A DNA stretch of 64,000 nt from Candidatus Dormiibacterota bacterium (GCA_963848445.1 CAWKDT010000001.1:842667-906666), one strand, 5' to 3'; shown: positions 38,653-48,164, counted from the stretch's first letter. A program made the numbers and translations. The notes: generated by a model from the sequence alone, not told the origin.

Positions 38653-39607
38653 GAGGCCACGCCGGCAACCCGGGCGAACAGCACGGTCACCGCGGTGCCG
38701 AGCGCGGCGGCGGCGGCGAAGCATGCGACGAGCCGCTGCTCGCGAAGCCCGAGCTCCTCGAAGTGATGATGGATCGGGCTTGCTCGAAGGACGCGACGGC
38801 CGAAGCGCCGGATGGCGGTCACGTTGATGACGACGCTCGCCGCCTCGACCACGAACACGATGCCGATCACGGGGAGCAGCCAGATCAGGTGGAGCTCCGC
38901 GGTGAGCGCCACCAGGGCGCAACCGAGGGCGAGCGACCCGGCGTCCCCCATGAAGACGCGCGCCGGGAACCAGTTGAAGATGAGGAACGCCACGACCGCG
39001 CCCGCGAGCGCCGCGGCGATGATCGCCACCGGCAGGTCGTCGCGGCTGACCGCGATGATCGAGATCCCGACGAGCACGAGCGCCATGCACGAGGCCGCGA
39101 GCCCGTCGACACCGTCGGTGAGGTTGACGGCGTTGCTGCTCGCCACCACCGCGATCGCCGCGACCACCGCAAGCCCCCAGCCGAGATCGGGCGCGCCGAG
39201 CCCCGGGAAGAACTGCTGCGTGAAGCCGGCGATCGTGAGGCCCACGCCGACGAGCACGCCGATGACGGCCTGCAGGCTCAGCTTCTGCCACACGGAGAGC
39301 CCCATCCTGGAGATGTCCCGGATGTTGATGACATCGTCGAGCCCGCCGGCGATCGCCCCGGCCGCGAGCGCGAAGACGACGAGGAACCCGGCCCTCGAGC
39401 GGTCGACGGCAAGCCAGGCGACGATCGCCACCAGGCAGAAGAGCGCCCCGCCCATGGTCGGCGTCCCCTCCTTGGCCCGGTGCGTGGCGGGGCTGTACGA
39501 CGCGACGTGCTGACGCGCCCTCGAGCGCACCAGCAGCCCGATGAACGCCGGGTACAGGATCACCCCCACGGCGAACGCGATCACGCCGACGACGATCGCC
39601 TGCCTCA
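38649..39607 (-). CDS. mraY: phospho-N-acetylmuramoyl-pentapeptide transferase
   Basis: GTPTMGG, NAVNLTDGVDGLAA, FMGDAGSLALG and SPIHHHFE motifs. GTG start overlaps the ftsI stop. Confidence 0.85.
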
Positions 39608-41377
39608 CGGCTCGATCCGCCACTGGTCGATCATCATCTCGGCCATCTGCTTCCAGATCGGCGCGGCGAGCAGCGATCCGAACCGGACCGAGAGCGGGGT
39701 CTGCGGATCGTTGAGGATCACCATCATCGTGAACTGGGGGTTCGTGGCAGGCATGAATCCGACGAAGGATGCCACGACGTTGGACCCGTAGCCCTTCCCG
39801 CCCGGGAGCGCCACCTGCGCGGTCCCGGTCTTGCCGGCGATCTCGGTGCTGTATCCGGGGATCTTCGCCTTGAACCCCTCGCCGTGCGGGTCGTTGACCA
39901 CGCCGACCATCATGTGCTCGAGCGTCGCAGCCGCCGCCGGCGCCATCACCCTCCGGGTGACCGGCGTGACCGGTGTTGTCGTCCCCGTGTTGGGGTTGAC
40001 GATCGCGTCGACGGCGTGCGGCTGCACCCACACGCCCCCATTGGCGACCGCGTTGATGGCGGCGAGCATCTCCACGGGGGTGGCGACGACGCCCTGACCG
40101 AACGAGGCGGTCGCGTACTTCAACTCGTTCCACTTCGACTGCGGCGGCAACGGGTCGTTCACCTCGCCCGCAAGGTCGACGCCGGTCGGCGCGCCGATGC
40201 CGAACGCGAGGAGGTTGGAGTAGAAGGCGTTGGCCCCCTCCATGCGCTGAGCGTCGATCGCACCGTTGTTGAGGGAGTCGTCGAGGACGAACTGCATCGT
40301 GACCTTGCCGTGCGAGTGGCCGTCCCAGTCGTGGATGAGGAACCCGTCGATGCGCTGCTGGCGCTCGTCGATGACGGTGGCCGGGGTGAAGGCGTTGTTG
40401 TTGAGGCCGCCGGCGAAGGTCACCACCTTCATGACGGATCCGGGCTCGTAGGGTTGTGAGACGGCGAGGTCACGGAAGTCCGCGACGTCGGCGTTGCCGA
40501 AGGCGTCGGCGTTGTACGACGGATACTGCGCCCACGCTCGGATCGCCCCGGTCTTCGTGTCCATGACCATCAGCGTCCCCGATGTCGCCTTCGTCGAGTT
40601 GACCCCGTCGGCGATGGCGATCTCGGCGTCGTACTGGATCTGCGAATCGAGGCCCAGCTCCAGGTTATCGCCATTCTTGGCAGGTACCTTCTGCTGGCGC
40701 CCCAAAACGATGGCGTTGCCGTTGACGTCGGTCAGCGTCGACTCGTGCCCGTTGATCCCCGAGAGGATCGAGTTGTAGTAGCCCTCGAGCCCGTACTGAC
40801 CGGTGCCGTTCGCATTGACGAAGCCGAGCAGGTTGGCTGCGAACGAGTCGCCCGGCACCGGCGACGGATCGTACAGGCTCTCCTCTGACGGCACCGTCCC
40901 GATGCCGCTGAGCCGGAGCGCCTGGAGCTTCTCGTTCACGTCCTGCGAGACGCCCTTGGCGAGATAGTCGAATTGATTGTTCTGGTCGATCGCCTTGAGC
41001 ACCTGCGCCGTGCTCACCTGGAGGATCGGCGCGATCATCCCCGCAACCGAATCGCGATCCCCGGCACTGATGAGGGCCGGGTCGGCAAAGACGTCGAACA
41101 CCTGGACGTTGCTCACGAGGACCCGTCCGTTGCGATCCAGGATGATCCCGCGGGTGGCGTGGAGCGTGACCGAGGTGGTGTGCGTCGACGCCGCCTCCGA
41201 CGCGAGCGCCTTGCCCTGGATCACCTGGATCTGGATGAGCCGCCCGAAGACCGCGGTGGCCATCGCCAGGAATGCCAGCACCAGCCAGAGGCCGCGCCGC
41301 CTGACGTCAGGCGAGTCGGCGAAGACGCGTACGCCGTTGGTTCCCGCCGTCCGCGGGGAACGACGGCGTGTGCTCAT
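39605..41377 (-). CDS. ftsI: penicillin-binding protein (class B transpeptidase, FtsI/PBP3-like)
   Basis: N-terminal TM and dimerisation domain. Transpeptidase motifs SVMK (SxxK) and KTGTA (KTG). By my count the stop codon is at 39604-39606; the ORF track lists 39605. Confidence 0.85.
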   Translation of the reverse strand: MSTRRRSPRTAGTNGVRVFADSPDVRRRGLWLVLAFLAMATAVFGRLIQIQVIQGKALASEAASTHTTSVTLHATRGIILDRNGRVLVSNVQVFDVFADPALISAGDRDSVAGMIAPILQVSTAQVLKAIDQNNQFDYLAKGVSQDVNEKLQALRLSGIGTVPSEESLYDPSPVPGDSFAANLLGFVNANGTGQYGLEGYYNSILSGINGHESTLTDVNGNAIVLGRQQKVPAKNGDNLELGLDSQIQYDAEIAIADGVNSTKATSGTLMVMDTKTGAIRAWAQYPSYNADAFGNADVADFRDLAVSQPYEPGSVMKVVTFAGGLNNNAFTPATVIDERQQRIDGFLIHDWDGHSHGKVTMQFVLDDSLNNGAIDAQRMEGANAFYSNLLAFGIGAPTGVDLAGEVNDPLPPQSKWNELKYATASFGQGVVATPVEMLAAINAVANGGVWVQPHAVDAIVNPNTGTTTPVTPVTRRVMAPAAAATLEHMMVGVVNDPHGEGFKAKIPGYSTEIAGKTGTAQVALPGGKGYGSNVVASFVGFMPATNPQFTMMVILNDPQTPLSVRFGSLLAAPIWKQMAEMMIDQWRIEP

Positions 41378-41868
41378 CGACCGGAGGTGCCGCCGCCGAA
41401 GGCTCCGGCGAGGCCGGCGACCAGCTGCTCGAGGGTGCTCGAGCTCTGGCTCGCGGTGAGCTGGTCACCGGGCGCGGTGATCACATGCGAGGGACCGGCT
41501 TCGACGAATGCCCAGCGTGCCGCCGGGTGCATGCCGAGGTGCTGTGCCGCCGCGATGATCCGCTCCGACGACTGGAGCCGCGCGAGCTCGTCGTTGAGCT
41601 GCCCCGCCTGCGCGGCCAGCTGCTGCTGCTCCGCCGCGAGACGGGTCGCCTGGTAGGTCGCGGTGGTGACGTGGGCAGTCTGGTTGACGTACGCGATGCC
41701 GATCCCCGCGGCGATCGCGATCACGGGGAGCAGCGGCAGCGGCGTGCGCGGCCCGCCGCGCCGGATGCGAAATCGACGCACGGATGGCTCGAACGGGACG
41801 TCGTCGACACCGTCCGATGCGGGGGCGGTGGAACGGTCGGCGCCGTGCGCGGGATGTCGATGGGGCAC
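41374..41868 (-). CDS. ftsL: FtsL-like cell division protein (single TM plus coiled coil)
   Basis: Position between rsmH and ftsI. TM helix LPLLPVIAIAAGIGIAYV followed by a Leu/Ala/Gln-rich coiled coil. Confidence 0.6.
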   Translation of the reverse strand: MPHRHPAHGADRSTAPASDGVDDVPFEPSVRRFRIRRGGPRTPLPLLPVIAIAAGIGIAYVNQTAHVTTATYQATRLAAEQQQLAAQAGQLNDELARLQSSERIIAAAQHLGMHPAARWAFVEAGPSHVITAPGDQLTASQSSSTLEQLVAGLAGAFGGGTSGR

Positions 41869-42008
41869 TGCCCTGGTCTCCAGTGGTGAGGCGTTGAGAT
41901 GGACGATGGAGCTGGCACCGACGGTGCCGGGACGGCGAAGGGGTGGCGGGGGAAGCCGCGTCGAGCACGGCTTCCCCCTGGGGGGACGGTGAGATTCGAA
42001 AGAGTTGG

Positions 42009-43028
42009 TCAGCCTTGCGGCGCGAGCTTCTCAGCCACTCGCAGGCGAGCGGAGCGCGACCTCGGATTGGAGGCCAGCTCGGCCGCATCCGGCCGGATCA
42101 CCTTGCGGGTGAGGAGAAAAAGGGTGGCCCGGTGGACGCAGGTGCAGTGGGGCTGTTGGGGCGGACATACACAGTTCTGTGCTGCGACGTGGAGTGCGTT
42201 CTTGACAATGGTGTCCTCGAGGGAGTGGAAGGAGATGACCCCAAGACGCCCACCGGGCCGGAGGATGCTGATTGCTGCCTGCAGACCTCGCTCGAGGCTT
42301 TCGAGCTCGTGGTTCACGGCGATGCGAAGCGCCTGGAACGTGCGCGTCGCCGGGTGAATCCGCTTCGGCCAGAACCGCCGCGGCACCACCTGCTCGACGA
42401 GCTCGCGGAGCTGCGTCGTGGTGGTGAGCGGCACGAGCTCCCGGGACCTGGCGATCCGATTCGCGATCGGACGGGCGAAACGCTCGTCCCCGTAGTCGCG
42501 GATCAGCGACGCCAGCTCGTCGGCGGTCAGCGAATCGACCAACTGCGCGGCCGTCATGCCGGAGCTTGGATTCATTCGCATGTCGAGCGGACCGTCGAGA
42601 CGGAAGCTGAAACCTCTGGCCGGGTCGTCGAGCTGGATCGAGGAGATCCCGAGGTCGAAGACGACGACATCCGCGCCGGCCACGCCCTGCGCGTGGACGA
42701 GCGCCTCGAGGTCGGCGAAATCGCCCTGGACGATCTGGATCGCGTCGCCGCGTCCGCTGAAGCGGAGGCGTCCCGCCTCGACCGCGCGCTGATCGCGATC
42801 GATGGCGATCACGCGGCCGCCTGGGGAGACGCGCTCGAGGAGCGCGGCCGTGACCCCGCCGGCGCCGAGCGTGGCGTCGACGGCGATCTGCCCCGGCCGG
42901 GGCTGCAGGCTCTCTATGAGGGGTGTGAGAAGGACCGGCCGGTGGCCCGCGCCGTCAGGCGCCGGGACACCGGGCGTGGCGCCGTTCAACATCTCCATGT
43001 CGGCCACGATCGGCAAGGGGATGGTCAT
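42009..43028 (-). CDS. rsmH: 16S rRNA (cytosine1402-N4)-methyltransferase
   Basis: SAM-binding DATLGAGG, conserved HSLED and PATRTFQALRIAVN. Confidence 0.9.
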   Translation of the reverse strand: MTIPLPIVADMEMLNGATPGVPAPDGAGHRPVLLTPLIESLQPRPGQIAVDATLGAGGVTAALLERVSPGGRVIAIDRDQRAVEAGRLRFSGRGDAIQIVQGDFADLEALVHAQGVAGADVVVFDLGISSIQLDDPARGFSFRLDGPLDMRMNPSSGMTAAQLVDSLTADELASLIRDYGDERFARPIANRIARSRELVPLTTTTQLRELVEQVVPRRFWPKRIHPATRTFQALRIAVNHELESLERGLQAAISILRPGGRLGVISFHSLEDTIVKNALHVAAQNCVCPPQQPHCTCVHRATLFLLTRKVIRPDAAELASNPRSRSARLRVAEKLAPQG

Positions 43029-43055
43029 ATGTCGAGTCGGCTCCGTCTGGGGCGC

Positions 43056-43562
43056 TCACGCCGGCGACGGTGAGGCGGACGTTCCGCGCTGATGGACGAG
43101 GTCCCAGACCCGCGTGTACTCGTCGGGGTCCGGATCGGAGTGCTCCGACTGCCAGAGCACGTCGGCGGTGATCTCGACCCCGTCGCCGAGCCCGACGAAC
43201 ACCACCGTGTCGGTGATCCCGGCGAAGGCCCGCTGCCGCGCGGACAGGAGAAGCCGCCCCTGGGCGTCGACCTCGAACGGGTAGGCGTTCCCGCTGAGCC
43301 GGCGCATGAAGTGCCGTTCCTGGGCGGGGGTCTCGGCGGTGCGCCGGAAGAGCTCCTTCTGCATCGCCCAGGCGGCGGGTGGCCAGATCATGAGGCGGGC
43401 GTCGGGACCCGGGGAGACGACGCTGCCCTCGGGGAGGTGACGCCGGAGCTGGGCGGGGATGGCCACCCGGCCTTTCTCGTCGACGTGATGGCGATACGTG
43501 CCGCAGAGTTCAGGGGTAACCTGAACTTCGCTCTGCGTTTGCTCGTTCACCACCGCCGACAC
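43056..43562 (-). CDS. mraZ: transcriptional regulator MraZ
   Basis: Two DXXXR-like repeats (VDEKGRVAIP and VDAQGRLLL). It is the first gene of the dcw cluster. About 20 extra N-terminal residues; start is uncertain. Confidence 0.85.
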   Translation of the reverse strand: MSAVVNEQTQSEVQVTPELCGTYRHHVDEKGRVAIPAQLRRHLPEGSVVSPGPDARLMIWPPAAWAMQKELFRRTAETPAQERHFMRRLSGNAYPFEVDAQGRLLLSARQRAFAGITDTVVFVGLGDGVEITADVLWQSEHSDPDPDEYTRVWDLVHQRGTSASPSPA

Positions 43563-43640
43563 CTCGATTCCCCACTACTCACCACTTTTCTCCACCAGCG
43601 GGCCGAACCCTAACAGGTGTGTGGTGAGGCGTCAACGCAA
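43563..43640 (-). promoter_or_regulatory. putative dcw (mra) promoter with GTGG-type direct repeats that may form a MraZ operator
   Basis: Minus-strand reading: TTGACG, then 17 nt, then TAGGGT. Downstream, GTGGTGAGTAGTGGGGAATCGAGGTG sits immediately before the mraZ start. Confidence 0.4.
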
Positions 43641-43672
43641 ACAAATGTACGCTTGAGTCGTCGGGGGCGGCG

Positions 43673-44380
43673 TCAGGCGTCGAAGCGGGGCATTCCGGCC
43701 AGCAGGTGGGAGAGGTTGGCCCCGCCGCGGAGCTGCTCCGGATCCGCGCCGCGCCGGAACAGGACCGCCCCTCCGGTGCCGCGCAGCGTCATCGAGGAGC
43801 CCGCGACGGCGAGCCAGCTCTGCTCCCGCAGCGCGACGACGTCGACATCGTTCTCCTCGAGGAACTCCGCCAGGCGCTCCGCGCGTGTCTCGCCCACCCG
43901 CGCCTCCGGTGGCGGCGGGTCGATGTAGTGCGGGTTGATCTGGAATGGCACGAGGCCGAAGGCCGTGAAGCTCGGCGGCTGCACGATCGGCATGTCGTTG
44001 GTGGTGCGAAGCGAGGGGCATGCGACGTTCGCTCCCGCACTCGCGCCGAAGTACGGCACGCCGCGCGCGATCGCCTGCCGCACCGGCTCGATCAGCGCCA
44101 GACGGTGCAGCGCGTTCACCAGGCGGAACGTGTTGCCGCCGCTCACGATGATCGCCCCGGCCTCGGCGATCTCCGCCACAGGATCGGCAACCGTGTGCAG
44201 CCCCGTGAGGCCGACGCCGATCGAGCTCAGCAGGTCGCCGACGCGGTCGGTGACGCGGTCGTGGTCGCTCACCGCGTAGGGGATCATCACCGCGCGCTGC
44301 GCGCCCCGGAAGTGCTCGAGCATCTCGGGCACCGCCGAGCTGATGTCGCCGCCGGCGTGCAGCATCAGACGTCGGTCCAC
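43673..44380 (-). CDS. pepE: S51-family peptidase E-like dipeptidase (class I glutamine amidotransferase-like fold)
   Basis: Homology to PepE/cyanophycinase S51 (IIVSGGNTFRL...YFGASAG). Confidence 0.75.
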   Translation of the reverse strand: MDRRLMLHAGGDISSAVPEMLEHFRGAQRAVMIPYAVSDHDRVTDRVGDLLSSIGVGLTGLHTVADPVAEIAEAGAIIVSGGNTFRLVNALHRLALIEPVRQAIARGVPYFGASAGANVACPSLRTTNDMPIVQPPSFTAFGLVPFQINPHYIDPPPPEARVGETRAERLAEFLEENDVDVVALREQSWLAVAGSSMTLRGTGGAVLFRRGADPEQLRGGANLSHLLAGMPRFDA

Positions 44381-44431
44381 GTCTTCGTTGCCTCCTGTCC
44401 TGTGATCCGCAGCGACAGAGGATAGACTCGT

Positions 44432-44816
44432 CGTGCAAGCCGGCCAGACGGTCGCGAGCGCTCAACACGCTCGAGGAAAGTCCGGGCTCCGCAGAGCAGG
44501 GCGCTGGGTAACGCCCAGTCGGGGTGACCCGAAGGAGAGTGCCACAGAAAAGACACAGCCCCGGATTCGTCCGAGGCAACGGTGAAATGGTGGGGCAAGA
44601 GCCCACCGGCGGCCGGGTGACCGGCCGACCAGGTAAACCCCGCCCGGAGCAAGGCCGAACAGAGACCGAGCGCCTCGGCGCCCAGGAGTTGCTCGCTCCC
44701 CGTGTCTCAGGTGGGCCGCTCGAGGCGCCGGGCAACCGGCGTCCCAGATGGATGACCGTCCCCCGCCCGCCGTGCGGACGGGGACAGAACCCGGCTTATC
44801 GGCCGGCTTGCACTCG
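44432..44816 (+). ncRNA. rnpB: RNase P RNA (bacterial type A)
   Basis: The P4 sequence GAGGAAAGTCCGGGCTCC is universally conserved, and ACAGAACCCGGCTTA is present too. The 5' GTGCAAGCCGGCC pairs with the 3' GGCCGGCTTGCAC as helix P1. Confidence 0.85.
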
Positions 44817-44821
44817 TTTCT

Positions 44822-45259
44822 TCAGGGCCCGCCGGCTCGCACGGCGATCATTCGCTGCGTCTCCTCCACCGCGAGGGTGTCGACGCGCTCGTTGCCCGGG
44901 ATCCCGCTGTGACCGCGAACGTGCTCGAACCGCACCCTGGGGTCGATCAGCGGATCGATCGACGGGTAGAGGTCGAGGTTCTTCGTGCGCTTCCACGCTC
45001 TCGTGAGCCAGTTGATGACCCCGAGGCTGTCGGTGCGGATGATGATCCGCCAGCCGGGATCGTCACCGATGCGCGCGCGGATCATCAGCAACGCTTCGCG
45101 CACCGCCTTCAGCTCCTCGCGATTGTTGGTGGTGGCGAGGTCGCCGCCGGCGGCCTCATCGATGCGCCCGTCCGGCCATTCCAGACGGTATGCCCACGCC
45201 CCGACACCCGGGTTTCCGGAGCACGCGCCGTCGGTGTACGCGATCACGGTGCCGCTCAT
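44822..45259 (-). CDS. rnhA: ribonuclease HI
   Basis: VIAYTDGAC...TNNREEL...IRTDS...HSGIPGNERVD catalytic DEDD residues. Confidence 0.85.
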   Translation of the reverse strand: MSGTVIAYTDGACSGNPGVGAWAYRLEWPDGRIDEAAGGDLATTNNREELKAVREALLMIRARIGDDPGWRIIIRTDSLGVINWLTRAWKRTKNLDLYPSIDPLIDPRVRFEHVRGHSGIPGNERVDTLAVEETQRMIAVRAGGP

Positions 45260-45952
45260 GGCGCGAGGATCCTGTCGCAGTTCGCGCATTGCGTGAGGCC
45301 GGTGCCCGTCCGCACCGCGCGGCGTTCCTCGTTCGACACTGGGAGATGGCAGCCGCCACACGAGTTATCCACGAGACCGGTGACCGCCGGGCGCCGGTGC
45401 GAGGCGATGCGCTCATAGAGCGACAGGTCACCCGGCTCAGCCTCGGCTCGCAGCGAGTCGCGTTCGCCGTTCGCGGAGTCCAGCTCCGCGACGAGTTTGG
45501 CGTGACGCGCTCGGAGTGGCTCCATGACGCTGCCACGGTGCGTCTCGCGCGCGGTGACGTCCGCCGACGTGCTGTGCACGACTCCGAGCGCCGAGTTCGA
45601 CCTGCTCCATGCGCTCGAGCAGGTCGTCCTCCGCAGTCGACAGACGTCCCCGGAGCGCCTCGAGCTCACGCTGCATCTCCATCAGCTCGGCGGGATTGCG
45701 CACCGATCCGCCGTAGAGCCGCCGATCCAGCTCGCGCGCGCGCGCCTGGAGCGTCGCAGCCTCTCGCTCAGCGGATTCGGCACGCGCGGTGCTCGCGCGA
45801 TGCGCCTCCTGCGCGGCGGCCCCCGCGGCGCGGAGGCGGTCGAGCTCGGGATCGCCGCGGATCGACGCATCGACGGTGTTGATCTCGGAACGGAGCGATG
45901 CGATGCGATCGTCGACCTGCTGCAGCCGGAGCAGGACCGACGCACGGCTCAC
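45256..45952 (-). CDS. COG1579-family coiled-coil plus C4 zinc-ribbon protein, with an apparent frameshift near 45570-45600
   Basis: N-terminal coiled coil is in ORF 45437..45952. C-terminal CGGCH...CANCDRIL zinc ribbon is in ORF 45256..45669. This gene family is commonly found beside rnhA in Actinobacteria. Confidence 0.6.
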
Positions 45953-46977
45953 GCGGCGGCCCCGTTGGACACGCGCGCCAGGTTCTCGAGCGACCGCATG
46001 GCCGCGCCCGAATCGATGGATTCCGCGGCGACCGCCACCCCGTCGCGCAACGTGGACACACGGTCGGCGGCCACCAGCACGGCGGCGGTGTTGAGCAGCA
46101 CGACATCACGCCGCGGCCCCGTCTCACCCTTGAGCACCGCCGTGATGATCGCCGCGTTGGTGGCGGCGTCACCGCCTCGGACCGTGTCGAGCGGCGCGAC
46201 GTCGAGACCGGCGTCACGCGGATCGACCATCGATTCGCGCACTCCGTCTTCCGTCACCTCGTAGCAGTGCGCGGGCCCGGCAACGCCGAGCTCGTCGATG
46301 CCGTCGGGTCCGGTGAACACGAGCGCGTGGACATGCCCGAGACGGTGCAGCACCTCGGCCATCATCGGCGCCAGGCGCCCGTTCGCAACGCCGACTGCCT
46401 GGTGGCGCACCTCCGCCGGATTGGCAAGCGGACCGAGCACGTTGAACACCGTCCGGATCCCGAGTTCGCGACGCACCGGGGCGACGTGGCGGAGCGCGGG
46501 ATGGTAGTCGGGTGCGTAGAGAAACCCGATGCCGGCCTCCTCGACGCAGCGCCGCACGCCGTCGGGCGGAAGCGAGATCGCCACGCCGAGCGCTTCGAAG
46601 ACGTCGGCGCTCCCGCAGCGCGACGACGCGGCCCGGTTGCCGTGCTTGGCGACCGGACATCCGGCGCCCGCGGCGACGAGCGCGGCGGCGGTCGAGATGT
46701 TGAACGTCAACGCACCGTCGCCGCCGGTGCCGCAGGTGTCCACGGCGTCGACCGCAAGCGGCACCCGGGTCGCGTGCGCTCGCATGGACTCGACCATGCC
46801 CGCAAGCTCGTCGACGGTCTCGCCTTTCGTGCGCAGGGCCGCGACCAATGCCCCCACCTGGGCCGGTGAGGCGCGCCCTTCCATGATCGTGTCCATCACC
46901 GAGCGCGCGGTCGCGGCATCGAGCCCGCGGCAGGCGACGACCGCTTCGAGGGCCTGCCGCATCACCTCCTCGTCCAC
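45949..46977 (-). CDS. trpD: anthranilate phosphoribosyltransferase
   Basis: DTCGTGGDG, KHGNRA, GIGFLYAP. Confidence 0.9.
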   Translation of the reverse strand: MDEEVMRQALEAVVACRGLDAATARSVMDTIMEGRASPAQVGALVAALRTKGETVDELAGMVESMRAHATRVPLAVDAVDTCGTGGDGALTFNISTAAALVAAGAGCPVAKHGNRAASSRCGSADVFEALGVAISLPPDGVRRCVEEAGIGFLYAPDYHPALRHVAPVRRELGIRTVFNVLGPLANPAEVRHQAVGVANGRLAPMMAEVLHRLGHVHALVFTGPDGIDELGVAGPAHCYEVTEDGVRESMVDPRDAGLDVAPLDTVRGGDAATNAAIITAVLKGETGPRRDVVLLNTAAVLVAADRVSTLRDGVAVAAESIDSGAAMRSLENLARVSNGAAA

Positions 46978-47028
46978 CGGGCGACGGTATCACCGAGCGC
47001 GACGAGGACGATCCATATACTCGGAGCG

Positions 47029-47835
47029 ATGACCGCTCGCACCCTCGAACCGTTCGACCCGGAGGCGGTACGACCCTGGCGCCTCGGCGACGGATCGAGG
47101 GGCGCGCTGCTCATCCACGGGTTCGCCGGCACGCCGCCCGAGCTGCGCCTCCTCGGCGAATCGCTCGCGGCGCACGGATTTCGCTGCTACGCCCCGGTGC
47201 TGCCCGGCCATGGCACGACCCCGCACGAGCTCGAGCGAACCCGTTGGCAGGATTGGGCGGCGTGCGTCGCCGCCGCGTTCGATGAGCTCGCACGTGAATG
47301 TCCGGATGTCGTGGTCGCCGGCCAGTCGATGGGCGGCGCGCTCGCGCTCAACCTGGCCGAGCGTGACCTCCGGGTCCGGGCCGTCGCCAGCCTCGCCGCG
47401 CCGGTCTGGCTGAGCGGGCCGCTGCCACCACTGCTCCCCCTCATCAAGCGTGTGGTCCGATGGCACCGCGCGGGCGACGACATCGATCTCTGGCACCCGG
47501 GCGCCGTCGAGGAGCTGTACAGCTACGGGCTGCGCCCGACGCGCAGCATCGACGAGCTCCGCCGTCTCTGCGCCGTCGTTCGGGACGGCCTGCCGCAGGT
47601 GCGGGCACCGGTGCTGGTCATCCATGGGGAGCGCGATCGATCGATCGACCCCCGCTGCGCGCGAGAGATCGCCCGCCGGCTCATCGCCAGCGAGGACGTC
47701 CGCCTCCTCATGCTCCCGCGAAGCGGCCACGCGATCTCGGTCGACGTCGACCGAGACACGGTGAACGCCGGCATTCTCGAGTGGTTCGAGCGATTCGCCC
47801 CGGCGCCGAGCGCAGCCGCCGCGGCGGCGGGATGA
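47029..47835 (+). CDS. alpha/beta hydrolase (carboxylesterase/lipase, Est-like)
   Basis: HGFAGT followed by GQSMGG nucleophile elbow. Asp and His in the C-terminal part (HGERDRSID, SGHAI). Confidence 0.75.
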   Translation: MTARTLEPFDPEAVRPWRLGDGSRGALLIHGFAGTPPELRLLGESLAAHGFRCYAPVLPGHGTTPHELERTRWQDWAACVAAAFDELARECPDVVVAGQSMGGALALNLAERDLRVRAVASLAAPVWLSGPLPPLLPLIKRVVRWHRAGDDIDLWHPGAVEELYSYGLRPTRSIDELRRLCAVVRDGLPQVRAPVLVIHGERDRSIDPRCAREIARRLIASEDVRLLMLPRSGHAISVDVDRDTVNAGILEWFERFAPAPSAAAAAAG

Positions 47836-47836
47836 T

Positions 47837-48127
47837 TCAGCTCGAGTTGCGCGTGGATTCGAGAAGCCGCGCGGCGATGCTCGGGTCGAGCACCGGGTTC
47901 GCTGGGGGGCCGGCCTCGAGGTCGCGATGACGCTTGGACGTATGGCGTTGCGTCGCCTGCACCGCCTCGCGTGCGGCGTCACGAACGACGTCCCCGCACG
48001 CCGCGCAGCGCAGCACGGCGGCAGACGTTCCCTTCCCCGCATACTCGCGGTGCGAGAAGCGCAGCTCACCGCCGCAGCGTGCGCAGCGCCGGCGTGGCTT
48101 CGCCCCGCCGGCGGACTCGCTGTTCAT
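47837..48127 (-). CDS. small zinc-ribbon protein (CxxC...CxxC), hypothetical
   Basis: 97-aa ORF with CARCGG...CAACGD. Confidence 0.4.
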   Translation of the reverse strand: MNSESAGGAKPRRRCARCGGELRFSHREYAGKGTSAAVLRCAACGDVVRDAAREAVQATQRHTSKRHRDLEAGPPANPVLDPSIAARLLESTRNSS

Positions 48128-48164
48128 CGCCACAAGCCTACGACGCCGCCCGCCGCTCGGCGGG

